Position numbers and translations under genes: made by a program. DNA of 64,000 bases from Massalongia carnosa (Eukaryota), in NCBI GenBank assembly GCA_965645245.1, contig OZ287076.1, forward strand, positions 1,178,001-1,242,000. Direction: 5' to 3'. Numbering within the stretch: position 1 is the first letter of the stretch; every line of letters begins with the position of its first letter. The notes under the pieces were generated by a model, which searched no databases, was not told the origin of the DNA, and saw only the letters and a list, made by a program, of their open reading frames with translations. Below, piece by piece: positions 62,707-64,000 of this stretch.

Positions 62707-64000
62707 TTAAAACTCAAGGGTGGTATCGTCTGTGTCCATCTCGTTCCGTTGTGCACTCAGACAATGCTGGTTTGTGATTGTGAATATCTCACTGTCACCG
62801 AAGGATTCATCAACTATGTCCATAGTGGGGTTAGGGCTCCTGTTTTCCTTCTCCAACTCTGTAACCCCTTCTAGTGGAACTAATCTCTGTTGTAAAAATT
62901 GAGTTGGGGTACATATATCCACATTTTGCGTAGTATCCCCGAGGCTCCCCAGGGGGGGTCGCTTTCCTCTTAGGATTATATCCCGGATAGATTTAACATT
63001 ATTAGAATTGGCAACAGCCCTTGCACGGTGAGATGGCGGAGAGTTTAGATTTCGATATGTCTTGGTACGCTTGGGTGTAGGCCCGCTCAGACTTCCTGTG
63101 CTAATTTTGGGGTCAGAACTGGTATCATATGGCAAGTGCTTTTCTTGAAAATTCGGAAATTGACTCGCGTCTCTACTCGGAAGGTCAGGTGCAAGTTGTT
63201 GAGGCGGCTTTGCTCCCATAACAGCCATGAGTTTGCTACTAAGCTCCTGAGCTTCCATAAATTCTTTCGCTCGCTTCTCCCGCTCATAGCGAAGAATGGT
63301 TAACTATAACATAACAAAGTTAATTAGACCTTGATCATGAGAAGCTTTCTGCTAGGAAGTGTACCTCTTCTTCTAACTTAGTAATGCTTTGCTTGCTTTG
63401 CTTAGTTACGAGAATGGCATTTTTGCTGACGTCATCCAATTGTTGCCGAAGTTCATATATTCTAACCTTGTATGATTCTATTTCTTGCTTTATCTATAAG
63501 ACCATTAGCTACCTTGTTTGAACACATCTACCTAGGTATTTTTCTTGTACCTTGTCATCCATCTCTGACAAGTATTTTTCGTGTTTAAGCCGCAATTTAC
63601 CATTTTCCGTTTCAAATGTCATGCTTGTTGTCTCGAGCTCTGCTTTTAGACATTCGAATTGCTTCTCGGATAGAGCTAGCTAATAAGGGTTAGTAAGAAG
63701 CTTTAAGAAATTAAGAACTTTCCCCCTTACATTCAACTGAAGGGCTGACTTGTCAATCAAAAGTTTTTCCTCGCGATTAACGAAACGATCAATTTCCGTT
63801 TTTCTTGAAGCTGCAAGCAATGAGGCTCTCTCTAAAGCTTCACCCTTTTCATGAAGCAGAGACTCAAGTTTAGTGATTCGCTCCTTGGAATCCGCGCCTT
63901 GAAGCTTCATTTGCTCCAACTCATCTGCAAGTTGGGTAGTATGATTTCGAAACTCCAGAAGCGCTGAATTCTGTTCCTCATACGCCTCGTCTCTACCTAT
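62707..64000 (-). CDS. 3' part of a large coiled-coil hypothetical protein
   Basis: Several exons of E/K/L/Q heptad-rich sequence (MEQMKLQGADSKERITKLESLLHEK) followed by a disordered tail ending DDTTLEF. It begins outside the window. Confidence 0.65.

Overview
Intron-rich DNA from a filamentous ascomycete (Pezizomycotina), using the standard code with GT-AG introns and CTRAY branch points. Many genes are split or missed by the ORF track. Recognisable genes, in order: 5' part of pacC with clustered GCCAAG sites upstream, a Vps62-domain secreted protein, an AspE-like septin, a TOK two-pore K+ channel, an Amidoligase_2-like ORF, DOPA 4,5-dioxygenase, a GPI-anchored GH18 chitinase, pantothenate kinase, a spherulin/germin cupin, a frameshifted HET-domain gene, a PRP38B-like protein, kinetochore Sos7, a telobox-Myb protein, GDT1, ribosomal protein eL37 (absent from the ORF track), ELP6, a SAD-1-type RNA-dependent RNA polymerase, and a partial coiled-coil gene. 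There are three decayed genes: an Asg1-like Zn2Cys6 factor, a BOR1-type anion transporter and a hypothetical gene. There are two DNA transposons: a near-intact pogo/Fot1 element with 101-bp TIRs and TA TSD, and a deleted Tc1/mariner relic. The most notable signals are (1) a RIP-like mutation pattern aimed at CpC rather than CpA in the Tc1 relic, (2) chitinase stalk modules encoded by tandem symmetric phase-2 cassette exons, and (3) a six-fold CRE-like tandem repeat upstream of a HET gene disabled by one extra base. No prokaryote-style system, CRISPR array, tRNA or rRNA was seen. Family calls come from motif recognition, not database searches.
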